Assembly (NCBI GenBank): GCA_964188305.1
Contig: OZ076887.1
Source of the DNA: Podarcis bocagei
Taxonomy: Eukaryota
DNA length: 64,000 bases
Strand: one strand, 5' to 3'
The translations under genes and the position numbers were made by a program. Shown here in pieces: positions 12,623 through 24,830 of this stretch. The notes beneath the pieces were generated by a model. The model had not been told where the DNA came from. It worked only from the letters and a program-made list of their open reading frames with translations, and searched no databases. The number at the start of each line of letters is the position of its first letter. The stretch's first letter is position 1.

Positions 12623-12955
12623 CATGAGAGACTTGCTTTAATCACTAAGTTAATATGACAACAAAGACCAGGCACATGAATACCTGCTGATTAACAACTT
12701 AAAAACCCACAACCCTGTTCCTCAGAAAGCTCCTATCTGGGCATTCATTCAGAATTTGCCTTATGCCACCTTATACTACAACACACCCTCATTGCCTTAA
12801 AGCTAAAATATTTGGACAGATGAGGGATGGAGGCAAAAATGAGGGATACAGGCAGTATTTTTAACTCTTCATGAAAGGACTATTAATGTTGGTAGCACCA
12901 CATGACATTTTGTCTCAAGGAGGAAATCAGCCACACAATCAAACTTATTTCAAAG

Positions 12956-13133
12956 GGGTAGTTGTGTTACTCTTGGAGCAAAACACACCAAAAGCCTTAT
13001 GGCATCTTAAAAGATTAACAAATTAATTACAGCATAAACATTTATAGACTACAATTATGCAGCCAAAGAACTTGACTCTAGTCCACTGTAATAAATTTGA
13101 CGGTCTTTAAGATGCCACAAGACTCTTTGTTGC
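12956..13133. mobile_element. Old Penelope-like inverted-terminus remnant
   Basis: Degenerate inverted repeat tggcatcttaaaagattaacaaatt ... aaatttgacggtctttaagatgcca; same architecture as the element at 54679-54887. Confidence 0.65.
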
Positions 13134-13869
13134 ATATACTATCATCCATGTTTGCACTTAACAAACAAAAGTCATGATTAATACATGTACATCAAATAAA
13201 GAAGTTATGCCACAGATACAAACTAAACTTGATACATATTTATTTGCATTATATTATCTACAGGTGACCGAGAACTCTGGGACCCATCTGTTACTCAGGA
13301 CATTTAATCCACATCAGCTGACAGGAAGTGAAATGGGCAAAGAATCCATATGCGCACATTCAAAACCATGTAATCTGGATTCCTTACTAAACTGTGTAAA
13401 TTATGCTACCATATTTCAAAGTGGAGTAGACACTGGGCAAAGACAGTGGGGTATTCCCCTACTTCCACCTCACTGTATGCTTATAAACAAAGATGCTACG
13501 AATATTATACGATTGTTTCCAACAGATAAATCACGAATATAATAAGCTCTGGCTGTACATGCACATGACATACCAGAAAATGATTTTTTGTTTTTTTAAG
13601 GAGAGAGAAGATTAGCGTGCTCCTCCCAACAACTTATAAGAGGGGCTGTTGGGGGGGGGAGGGGAGTGAGATACAAAACCGCAAGAGAATTATTCATTAA
13701 ATTGTGCATATTATAAGAATATGCAGATAATAGGGATACCAACAAGGCCAAGGCGCCGGTAACAATCCCTCCCCTACATTAAGGCCTATTGCACGTCATA
13801 GACCAACGAAGAAGCTGTCTCTCCCTCTATATATAAAACTATAAACACACACATGTGTGTGTAAGTGTG

Positions 13870-14380
13870 TAAGCGACAGGTGGGGGCGAAGCCACTAACT
13901 GCAACCTCCCACCCGCTGCTTCTCCTCAGCCTGACGCACCTGAGAGGGTTGGAATCAGCTCCTTGGGGCTCCTCCCCGGCTTCCCCTTCTGGGCCCGGCG
14001 GCGGCGGCGAGGCTGGCAGAAGAAACGAGCTCCTGAGCAGCTCCAAGGAGAGCAGCGACCATCCTTGAACCAGGAAGAGGAAGAAAAAGCGAAGGGAAGG
14101 TTGGGGGAGGGGAAAGCCAAACAACAACAAGATTCTCCCCTCAAAGTTCACCCGCCGGACGGAGGAAGGAGGCGGAAGCCGAGAGTGACGCGGAGGCCCC
14201 GCCCCATTGCCCCTCTCGCGCTAGCACGCGCCTGCCCCCCCCAACGGCAGAGGAGCGCTGGCGAATGTGCGCGTGCGCGGTGCCTTCTTTTTTCCAACCC
14301 GGAGTGTTCCGTGTTTCTGCGGGGAGGACAAACGAAGACGGTTGCGGAACAGCTGCTGCAGGACCCGGTCCATCCAGATT
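13870..14380. promoter_or_regulatory. CpG-island housekeeping-type promoter of SHPRH
   Basis: Dense CpG and GC content in a CpG-depleted background. ETS-like GGCGGAAG at about 14171, NRF1-like TGCGCGTGCGC at about 14268, GC-box-like CCCCGCCCC at about 14197. Confidence 0.8.
13940..14200 (-). other. SHPRH: Probable non-coding exon 1 of SHPRH (5' end uncertain)
   Basis: Lies within the CpG island; strong minus-strand donor CAG|gtgcgt at 13940/13939. The TSS cannot be determined from sequence. Confidence 0.6.
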
Positions 14381-14529
14381 AGGTTGCAGTGATAGGTTTA
14401 ACCAGGGTTAGTTTTGGGCGTTTTGGTTGGTCTTGAGGTTCTGCGAAGGTCTTGAGCCTTATTTTAAAATTACAAAAACCCAACCCCTGTCGTTTCGACA
14501 TAAGTTAGATGGAAGTTTTTAAAGATCTT

Positions 14530-14760
14530 GTAGTGTGGCGAACACTTTGGAACTCCTTGCCTGTTGAAGCCAGGCAGGTGCCTTCACTGTACTCTTTTTG
14601 GCACCTGCTGCTAAAGACGTTTTTGTTTAGGGAGCATACCCATGCATCTAGAATGCTTGTGTGCTTTTATATTATTAGTGGTTTAATTGTCTTAATTGTT
14701 CTTACCAATTTTTTATTATTATTTGGTTTGGGAAATGTTTAGGATTTTTTTAAAAACAAC
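14530..14760 (+). mobile_element. L2 LINE 3' fragment
   Basis: ctttggaactccttgcct...ctaaagacgtttttgtttaggga (LWNSLP...LKTFLF) followed by a T-rich 3'UTR. Confidence 0.65.
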
Positions 14761-16497
14761 AACAACAGCAATGAATCTATATAGAAATTTTATGAAACAT
14801 AGAAATAAATAAATAAAATTGGGGTTCCACAGCAAAATGGATCCAACAAGCCAGAAGTTTGCCCACCTTGGTTCATAAGAGGAAGAGAAAACAGGTCAGC
14901 TGGCAGAAATAGCTCTTCCTTTTGACTGTTTCTGGCTCCCTGCTGCTGAGCCAAATCCTTGCTGCTGCACCACCCAAAGAGAAAGGCCAAGCAAACAAAG
15001 GGAAGCAGCAGAAACCATCCCTGGCTGACCGATCCTAAGGAGGCAATGGCTGCTGCTGCCACCCTGAACCTAGAAAGGAGGGGGGTGGAAGTTTGAGGAT
15101 GGCAGGGAAGCAGGCAGGTGGGCTCCTACCTCTTCTCTCTTGCCCATCCTTGCTGGTGCCTACCTGTCAGTCATGTGGCATCATCACAACAAGCTGAATA
15201 ATGTTCTTGCAGAACTGAAACTGCAGTGGAATGGAAGCAGTGCCGCATGCACTGGATACAGAGCAAAATGGAAGATGATGGATTATCACAAGTAGACACA
15301 GATCTAGGAGAAGTTCCAGTAGTAAAGTGTCTGTGCAAATGCAACCTTGGTAGAACATCAAGGGAACATTGCAGGAATATTATGGTGGGGTTGCAGGTGG
15401 ACATGATGTCACAAGTACTATGACCACCTTGCTGCATTCAGTAAGTTTCACTAGTTAGGAACATAGCCTTATACTGAGTCAAACCATTGGTCCATCTCGC
15501 TCAGTATTGTCTGCATCATCCCTGGCCATTGGCCATGCTGGCTGGGGCTGATGGAGTCCAACAATATCTGAAGGGCCAGAGGTTAACCCCCTCTGATCTG
15601 CACTTACTGGCAGTAACTGTCCAGAGGTTCAGACAGGGAATATTCCCAGTTTTACTTGGAAATGGTAGGGAATCTTGGGTTTCTGGCATACAAACCAGAA
15701 GCTCTGTAGCTAAGCTACAACCCTTTCTGCAGTTACTGAATAGGAACCATTAATTTTACAAGTTGAATTCAACTTTTAATAATTTCTTTTTTAAAACTAC
15801 AACACCTTAATGAAAGATTAGAAGACAAATACAGCTAGTTAATGTTGACACTACATAACTGCAGTGACCCAACACACTCAGTTTTTTTCCAAAGAAGGCG
15901 TTTAATAACGTCTACCTGTCTGCTTCAGTAGAACAGCTTTGACACCTTTCAAGGCTCACAGGGATATGGCGATAATTATTTAATTAAAGTGTGCAAAAGC
16001 TTGTGAAGATTTGCCGACAAGAACATAGCCCAGCATAAATGAGATGTTTTACTACAACAGACTATAAAACTATTCAAGAATAAAGTTGCTGTACTTAAGT
16101 TTCAGATCAGTGAAGAGATCAACTTTATATAACCCAGTGGGAAAATTACCTCCAGAGGATTTTACACCTTCGTTTCCTTCCTCCAGTTTAATTGCTTATG
16201 TTGCATACTAACACGCCAGACATCGCAGAGGATTTCTGGCAATGTTCATAATGTTCTTTTACACTAAGTAATGATCCTATATGGCTGGTCTGAGAGTGAA
16301 AGATCCAGATTATTTGGGGCAATGTTACTTAGCGGGACACAAGGCTTTTCAAGATGACACTAAAGGTGGGTGTATTGCTGTGATAACACAGAGAGTAATA
16401 TACGCTGATGGAGCTAAACTCGGTAGGGTAATAGGGCATGTCTGCTTTGTGGCTTTTCAATACCCATCTCATTATAAATAAATATTTCAAAGTATAC

Positions 16498-16635
16498 AGG
16501 GGTGAGGAACCTGTCACCATCCAGATGTTATTGGACTCCAACTCACATCAGCCCCAGACAATATGGCCAGTGGTCAGGGATGATGTGAATTGTAGTACAG
16601 CAACATCTAGAAGACCATAAATTTCCTATCCCTGG
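16498..16635. mobile_element. Palindromic squamate MITE (GGACTACAACTCCCATCA-type)
   Basis: ccagatgttattggactccaactc...gaattgtagtacagcaacatctag. Related copies at about 23605-23742, 24318-24415, 55212-55325 and 56885-57012. Confidence 0.7.
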
Positions 16636-18867
16636 TATAGAGGTTTTCACTGGCAGTTGACTCTCTGATGAACAGAGGCCAAAATTCTTTCAGATACCCA
16701 GACAATCAACACATGCGCCCATGCTACACTGAATTTCTATCCCTTATTTGAAATGTCTTTGCATAATGTTATTAATACAGAATTTCACTGTGGTAGCTGC
16801 TGACAGGCAATAGCTCTGTCTTACAATGCTACTAATTTGTCTTTTAATGCTGGTGAAATGCCATATGCTATGACAATAGGGGAGTTCAGATAAACATTAA
16901 AAGAACATGTGAGGAGCTTGTGGACAAGATAGCCCTGATGTCAACACACCCAGTGGCTCCATCCTTACCACCCACATGTCCTACATGTGTGAGAAGAAGC
17001 TCTCTGTGTGCAACCAGTATATGCATGCAGAGAGCCTACACACATGGCGATCCAAATTGGCCCAGGATTTTACTCCCAGATTATCCTTAATTAACTGCAT
17101 GGCTGACATCCGCTATCGTGGGATCCGCTGTTCACCATGGCGGCAGCACCGGAAGTGATTTCTATGAAGATTTGAACCCCATAATGGTGCTATTACGATT
17201 AGGAGAATAATTCCATCCTTCGGTCTGAAAAGTTATGGTTTAAAAATTAATTCACTTCGAACTAAGTGAAAAAGAAAGAGTACTTTAAAGGAAGGCCTTC
17301 TATCTAATTAAGTGGTCCTATTTCATTTCTGAAACAGCAATCATGATTTCATTAGGTGAAGAGTTAACTATCTCTTGAGTAGTGTGTGTGTTTTATGCTC
17401 AAGAGCATTTTGGCTTTAGATAACTGAAATACTAAGCCAGCCCATAAAGTGCCGCTGGAAAGCATTTTATACCCATGAAAATGTGGCTGCAAAGCCAATT
17501 TAAATTCTCTGGAGTCTGTGGCTGCTCAGTATACATGTCACTGTTGTGAAGGGAGCAATATATTATTCCAGTAGCTGCCAATTTGGAACACCCTAAGGAG
17601 GGTATAGTATATTATTCTGCTAGCTGTCGGTTGGGAATACCCCAGAGACAGAGAGGGTCTGCTTCAGATTGCGAATGAAGATACCATTTTTAAATGTTCA
17701 TTTACATTTTAAAAAATTTGATACCTTCACCTGCATTTTGAAGTGGTACAGTCCATTCTATTACCCCAGAATTTTACCACTGAATTCTGCTGCATAAACC
17801 AGGCTAGATAATTGTCCCTTAATGGTGGTTTCTCTGGACAATGATCAATTTCCTCCTCACCTCCACCTATCCCTGAATGCTAAAACAAAATTCTTCAACT
17901 TCCTAAACTTACTCGCTAAATGTTATGGTGTCATGTGACTCAGGGTTTCTCAGGGACTGAGGCTGTGGATACAGAGGATACCTTCGACTGTGAGGAGGAT
18001 TTCCCCTCAGAACCAGTCTTGGTTTTTCCTGTCTCCTCAGGTGTGACATCACCAGAGGAGCAGGTGATGCCTGCACTTCTCCAACCCTAAGAGGTTGCAC
18101 TGCCTTTCTCAGACTCTAAGGATGACAGCTCAGAGATCATAGAGAATCCTGGGCTGCTCTGAGCTGCCAGAGTCAATGGCTCCCAAACAAGATTCCAACC
18201 ACCAGGGGTGAGGTTGGCTACTCAGTGGAAGCTGCAGTCCACTTAAGGCTAAATCTGACTTTGCTGGTTGTTGGAGCAGCATTCAAGACCGTCTTGTCAA
18301 ACTTCCAATCTATGTGATGTGGAGCTGTCCAAGGTCCTAACTGCCTTTGCCTTGACCCCTTATCTGCTTTTGCCTGATATTGCTTATCTGTACTTAACTG
18401 TCTCTGCTTTGTCTGACTTTGAATTGGCAGATTTCTGCTTGACCTCAGTGAAGGACCCTCAGTGAGAAACAGTGTGAACATCTCCCAGGGTGAGAAACTG
18501 GGAGAGAAAAGGAAAGCTCCCAGGCGAAAGCTCAGAGTGTCTGTCGTTTTCTGTGTGGGGCTGGGATTAAGAGCTACTTTGGACAGAGAGACAATTGTGA
18601 ATTTGTGCACTATTTTTGTATTTTAGATACCTGGCTGATGATGTTCTCCTTCCTTTTTGTTTGTGCTGTTGCTGTTATGAGTATCTGTATTTTATCTTTT
18701 TTTTTTAAATCTATATTCCATTACGTATTTTTTACGACAATTGTAACCATTTTGATTTTTATATTGTACAGATATTATGTTATGTATTGACATTTGTGTT
18801 CTGTGTTTTAAACTACCTTGTGCTCTTTCATCGAAGGGTGGTATATAAAATACACATAATAACGGCG

Positions 18868-18868
<1 letters not shown>

Positions 18869-18903
<35 letters not shown>
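18869..18903. repeat. (TG)n microsatellite
   Basis: Directly visible. Confidence 0.95.
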
Positions 18904-18906
<3 letters not shown>

Positions 18907-19719
18907 AAACAATACTAATAATATCAACATCAATAGCAAAATAACAATAATATAGTATATATTTGAACTGGCTTCTCCCATCCTAGCATGACACCACACC
19001 ACACTGATGCTATGTATGGGTTGTGCCCATAATTAATCTTAAATGCATAAAAACATTGTGTGAGTTAGCTAAGCTCATATTTTTCCATCTCCACTGTGGT
19101 ACTAAATCCGTTTTCTCTCAAAAAAATTCTCTTCGGCTCTGTACAGGCACCACACAGGTGTCTTAACATATTTTTCATGTACAATAAAAATGTGAACAGA
19201 CTGAGTTTCTCTTCTGCTGTCAACACAGCACTGTGCATTCTGTGTTAATGTCCAAAACACTTCCTCCGCAGCACCACCCCGTGATTCTCTTACAGGAACA
19301 TGACATGAAAACATCATGTCTGCATGACATGAAAACATCACAAGTCTGTACATACTCCCTGGATGGGATTGAAAGGATTTATTTAGGTATGTTTTAAAGC
19401 TTCCGTTTGGTGCTTCAGACAATTGTAGATGGAAGATTATATTCAGTGTAAGAGGCACCAAAGGCCACTGGGAGGCTCCTAGGAAGAACCTTGTGGCAAG
19501 GGGGTGGCCAGCCTGGCCCCATCCGCTGGCCACAGAAGGAGCTTGCTTTCTCCTCCATGCCAGAAAGAACACTCCGCTCCAATTTCCAGTCTGCTTTAGT
19601 ATTGCAGAAGCAAAATGAGAGGATGTTCTGGCCCCATCCATTGAGAGCCATCAACTGCTATTCAAGCAAGAACACTGGCCAGCGAAGATCAACTATAAAT
19701 TGATGACTATAAACAGGTG

Positions 19720-19940
19720 ACTATAAATGCCTGGTTATGGCCCACTGCTTCAGTCTGGCCTTAAGGAGTTGATGTTCCATTTCTCTGCTTTTCCATCCAC
19801 TTCTTTTCCCTTGTGGGTCTTTGTGTGCCTGATGGCAGTGCTCCTCTACTCTTTTAAATTGATGCAAGCTGCTTTGGGAGAGAATAATTGCCTGAAAAAG
19901 AGGTGGGTAGGTTAAAAATATGGTTAAATAAATAAGCAAA
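19720..19940 (+). mobile_element. L2-like 3' end fragment
   Basis: tgcaagctgctttgggagag...gaaaaagaggtggg...aaataaataa, an L2-type tail. Confidence 0.5.
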
Positions 19941-22900
19941 CTGTTTTGAATGCCACTGAATCAGCGAGTCTATGAGTGAACGTCAAACAATAGAGATTAA
20001 ATGTGATATGAGAGGATACTATTTTGTTGAATTGCTGCTGGGAAGAAAACGACCTAAACTGCTATAGTTAATGCAAGAAATGTATGGTCTAATGAAGCCC
20101 CAGTATAAAGTATACATTAATATTCCTTTTAGGTAGTCAAATGTCATGAGGGCCAATGTCAGTGAGTAAAACAGGATACTGCCTCATAGCAGATCAGCCG
20201 CAAGGGAAAAAAGTGGGGGGTGATCATAAAACTATACATGAATTTTTCATGTACAGTTAGATAGTTTGTTATTTTAAGTTCTTCTAGCTTTCTTTGTATT
20301 CCCATAATATCTGATTTAATCTTAACAGGTAAATTTTTAAAGCTAGGGTTCAATTTCTCAAATAGTCATGAAGAGAGATAACAGCCCTGCAAAATACCAA
20401 GAGAAAGATTAAGTTACTAAAAACAAAACCCCACTATTTCTTTAAATATTGGCTTAAAAAAATAAAACCTCTCCAAAAATACTGGAGAATTCTCAAAAAC
20501 AAACAAACATAGGTACAGTACATTTTCCTCAGTGCATGGAAATGAGACACAGTTTTCTCCAATAATAAGTGCTTTGCAATTTGAAAAGTGTAGCTATTTC
20601 AGTTGTATTCATGAGGCAATTAACGTATTAATGACCACTAAACAAAATGAACCAAGGAAGCACAGGGTTCTCTCCCGCTTTTTCATACTGTGAACTTTCT
20701 GAAGGCTCATATTTTAAATGCATATCTAAAACACATTGATTTAATCAAAATTTTAATTTATTTTCCAAACTGGGCTACCAGGTTACAAATAGAGCAGCTC
20801 TGCTTTATTTGTTAGGCTGCTCAAGATTGAATGAGGCGCCTTAGACTTTTGCAACCTCATTTTTCAAAAATAATGGGAGTACTGGATGGTCTGCACTTGA
20901 ATGTCTGATATAATTTACTGTCACGGCCTTGGAAAGGGGATCTTAACAGAGCAGCCCCTGGGTGGCAACATGTGGACAGATGTGTCACCCACCAACACAA
21001 ACCCACGAGCCTGTCTTGATTGTGATGACTGCAGATTACCAAGAATTTATTTAGCAAGATTAGTTAAAGAAAGGAATATGACTTTGATTTCTCAGCAGAT
21101 GGGATATATCATTTAGGAAATGCTGGATCCTTGCTTTCTTTAGTGGACTTGCTTTGTGCTGTGTGATAGGATACAGGGAGGACAGAAGTATCTCTGCACT
21201 AGTAGTGGCAGGCCATTAGTGGCCTGTTTTGGCTTTGACTTGGGGAGACTGATCTCCTCCTTTGCTGAGTTGGTCAGGTTAAGAGTATAAAAAGAGTCCT
21301 GCTGGATCAGACCAGTGTCTCATTTAGTTTGGCCAACCAGATGCCTATGGGAATCCCACAATCAAGACCTGGTTAAGTTCTTAAGGGAGGAGTTGGACAG
21401 ATCTAGAGAGACAACTTCTCCAGACCTAGAGAGACTTGGCATCTCCAAGTAGGGTTGAGACATTCTCCTGCCTGGTACCTGGCCTGGAGAGCCACTGCCA
21501 GTCAGAGTAGACAATACTGAAGTAAGGAGACCAACAGTATGACTTGATAAAAGGTTTTAGCAGACCCAACCATTGTTTTCATGCCCTGCCTGCCTTGCTA
21601 CTGCTAAGCTAGAATAAAGCAAGTTGTGACCGACTTCTCCCCTTCTGCCATCAAGGATGTCCTGTGTAATTTCTTTCCTCCATCTAGCTACTCTCCTCTT
21701 TGCCACTGTACAAATAACAATTGGGTGAATCGAGGGGATATTTGAGCCAGTTCAAATATTCGTTTGTTTTCCCCATTTTCCAGCCTACAGGCATCTATTT
21801 ATGTATTAAACATGTTGTTACCAAGGGGATGCAGTACAAACCTTACATACCCCCTGAAAATGCAAGGGAGGGGGGTTGCTTGGTTGAATGCATTTCCACA
21901 CTCAAGCTTCCCATTATATGTAAGACTAATATATATCAGGCAGAAGGCTTCCAGTCTAGCTTTCCCTCTAATGCCTTAGCTTTACAAATAAGGGACATTT
22001 TTGCATAGGCACATTAATTCAAGTATGTGGTTCTCTTCTACTAGAAACTAGTGTTATCTTGTGCACCTTCAAGATTGCTGTGATCTAAGCTCTACCAGTG
22101 TGAGCCAACCAGCCTTATCTATCCAAGCTTTTCTCTGTTGGATATTGTAAGAACACTATGACCCTAAGATTTAAGTGTGCATTGAAAAACCCTTTAGCTA
22201 CCAAACTTGGATCTTAACTAGTCCTCTGCTAATGAAAGGGCTGCTTACATTCATGGAGGGAGCTAGTATCTAGCAGAGTATGGGGTGGTATGCCTTTTTT
22301 TTGCTCATCTCTCCTTTCCCCAGCAGTTGTGCAATGCTGCTGTGGAGCACCATTCATAACTCTCTGCGGCAGATTGGCAAGGGGAAAAGGGAGTTTACTG
22401 AAAGCCACTTTCCCACTTCCATTAGTGAGAGAGTCTCGTGATCAGAATTCCACTCACATGACACTCCCACCTGCAGAAGCTTGCTTAGGCTGCACTCCAA
22501 ATCCCACTTACCTGCAAGTAAGCCCCTTTAATTTAAAGAGCACTTCTTTCTGAGTAGACATCGTTAGGGTTGCAACCTTAGGATCTAAGTCAATGACTTG
22601 TGAGCAGAGCAAGGTGCTTCAGGAGGTGGCGCATGACTGCATGGTCCATGATTAGCCAGAACTCCCAAGGCAGTTGGTGTTCAGTTCACATATGACCCAA
22701 GACAGACCTATCTGAGACTTTTCCATATTAAGCTCAGAGTGGAGTTATGTTAGAGGGTCGAGGTACATTCCACAAGTGAAGATGAAGGACTTTTAATGGG
22801 GTTATGCTGTTCATATCAGTCACAATTCCAACATGTCAACGTGCTTTTTTCTCAAAACCCTTTCTAAATTCCCAATATTTTATTTTGTTTGTTTTGCCTT

Positions 22901-24639
22901 TTAAATCAGCACTTAAACAACAACAACATAAGCCTTTTTAAATTGTAGGAGACAATAGGGGAATGTAGGGAATGTAGGGAAATTGGATGACCCTTTCTGA
23001 CTTTTGTGATTCTGCTAAGATACATTTGTGCAATATATAGAAATGAAAAACTAGATATGGCAGGATACTGAGGGGTGCAAAGAGCAGCTGCTAAATATTT
23101 GATGCAGGCATTCTCTTCTGTGCTAAAGTTACTCATTGGTTGGGGATAGGAGGGGGAATAAGTCCTAACTTTTGCAGCAAATGGGGTTTTGTTGTTCGAT
23201 GTAAACAATATGGAACAAGGGACTTTGATAACTAGTCCCAGATATATTTCATGGCAGGTTGCCAGAAGAGAGAGTGGCTGGCCTGATCTCTGTTGCCGCT
23301 TGAGTGCCATCATTGCTAATAGCCAGAAGGCAGTTCTGTAGATATTTAGTCAGCAGAGGTAAGGTGACATAAGGGGCCAATGTTGATTCCAAATGGCACT
23401 TTAAAACGCCTCTGATTCTGCTTTGACAACCCATCCTTTGGGTAAAAATCAAGCTTTCTTCAGACTCTCCCTACAGGCTTTGCCCACCTGTCAGCCCAGC
23501 TATGCACTATTTCGCTTGGCTGCCAGCTTTATCCATGAGCTTTATTGCACCTTCTCCAGACTGCCAGCGCCAATATATGTAAAAAAAGATAACAGGCTGT
23601 GTGGAGTGCACCACCCGTGATCCTCCAGCTGCTGCTGAACTACAACTTACCGTATATCAGCCCTAGTCAGCATGACCAATGGTCAGAGATGATGGGAGTT
23701 GTACTTCAGCAACAGCTAGAGGGCTGTGGCTTAGCCACCCCTCTTATTGTCATTAATGCAAATATAGTAAATGAAACCTGTGGCAAACTTCCACACCCTC
23801 CTTACACATGGAAAATTTAATCAATTTCAGTGGCATTATTAGAACTGCAGCCTTATTTTAAAATGCTCGCATGGCTTCCAATAACTCGAGTTCTGTGTTC
23901 ATTTCAGAGCATCGTATCTTCATGGTTTGTTGGGCTACCTTTGCACTTAGCAGTAAAGCTTAGTAGCATACAGCATATATTCGTTGTGATTCTCAAATTG
24001 GCAGCCCTTTGGATAGTCTCATATGCCCAGGGCAGAATATCATCCACACCAGGCTCTTGGTTTAAAGTGAAATTACACTTAATGATGAAAGTAACTTGGG
24101 TTTTGAAAGAAGCTCAGGATTTTGTCACATTCATTAAATGAACCACAGGAGACACATCTCAGAATGGGCAAATTGGAATCAAAACGCTAGCACCTGTCAG
24201 CAACCTGGCTGCAGCATTTTGTCCCAAATGCAGTTTCTGAACACTTTTCAAGGGTAGTCCCACACAGTAATCCAGTCATCCAGTGTAGAGGATGAGAGTA
24301 CATCAGTACCAATCCAGAGGGTAGTGCCCTCTGGATGTCGTTGGACTCCAACTCCCATCATCCCTGACTATTGACCATGCTGCCAGGGGCTGATGGGAGT
24401 TGGAGTCCAACAACAGAACACAATAATCTGCCTCAAACCAAGTCAGATTAACAGTCAAACTGGCCCAGTATTTTTTTTACACTAACTAGTGGCAGCTCTC
24501 CAGGGTTTCAGGGTGAGATCTTTCCAGGCCTACCTTAACATTCTGGAAATTCAAGGTGGGACCTGTGTGCCTAGCAGATGCTCTACTACAGAGCTATGAC
24601 CCTTCTGCATACACCTAGAAGGGTCATTGGCTTCCCTTT

Positions 24640-24830
24640 CACTAGTGCATGAATGACTGTGGCAAGCAAAGTTCTTAGTTGGCAAACTAGCCAAAGATGG
24701 GACAAGGCACTCTTCGCAACCAATGCTACCTGCCTATCCAACAGCAATGCATCAAGGAATACTCCCAAGCTAAGTACCTGATCTTTCACAGGAATCTCAA
24801 CTCTATCCAAGACAGACCGCAAACTCAAAC
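24640..24830 (-). mobile_element. L2 LINE ORF2 fragment
   Basis: VKDQVLSLGVFLDALL.DRQVALVAKSALSHLWLVCQLR..LATVIHALV, typical of the L2 post-RT region. Confidence 0.8.

Noticed and set aside
13786-14382. ORFs of 121-139 aa at the SHPRH CpG island
   Set aside because: Non-ATG starts and low-complexity R/P/G-rich translations typical of CpG islands.
15880-16481. Coding-looking stretch considered as an endogenous viral element or pseudogene
   Set aside because: The frames I translated on both strands gave frequent stops and no recognisable motif; a tblastx search would be needed.
19102-19641. 179-aa minus-strand ORF
   Set aside because: No homology evident. It includes a local 18-bp duplication (19299-19316 and 19323-19340), consistent with neutral DNA.
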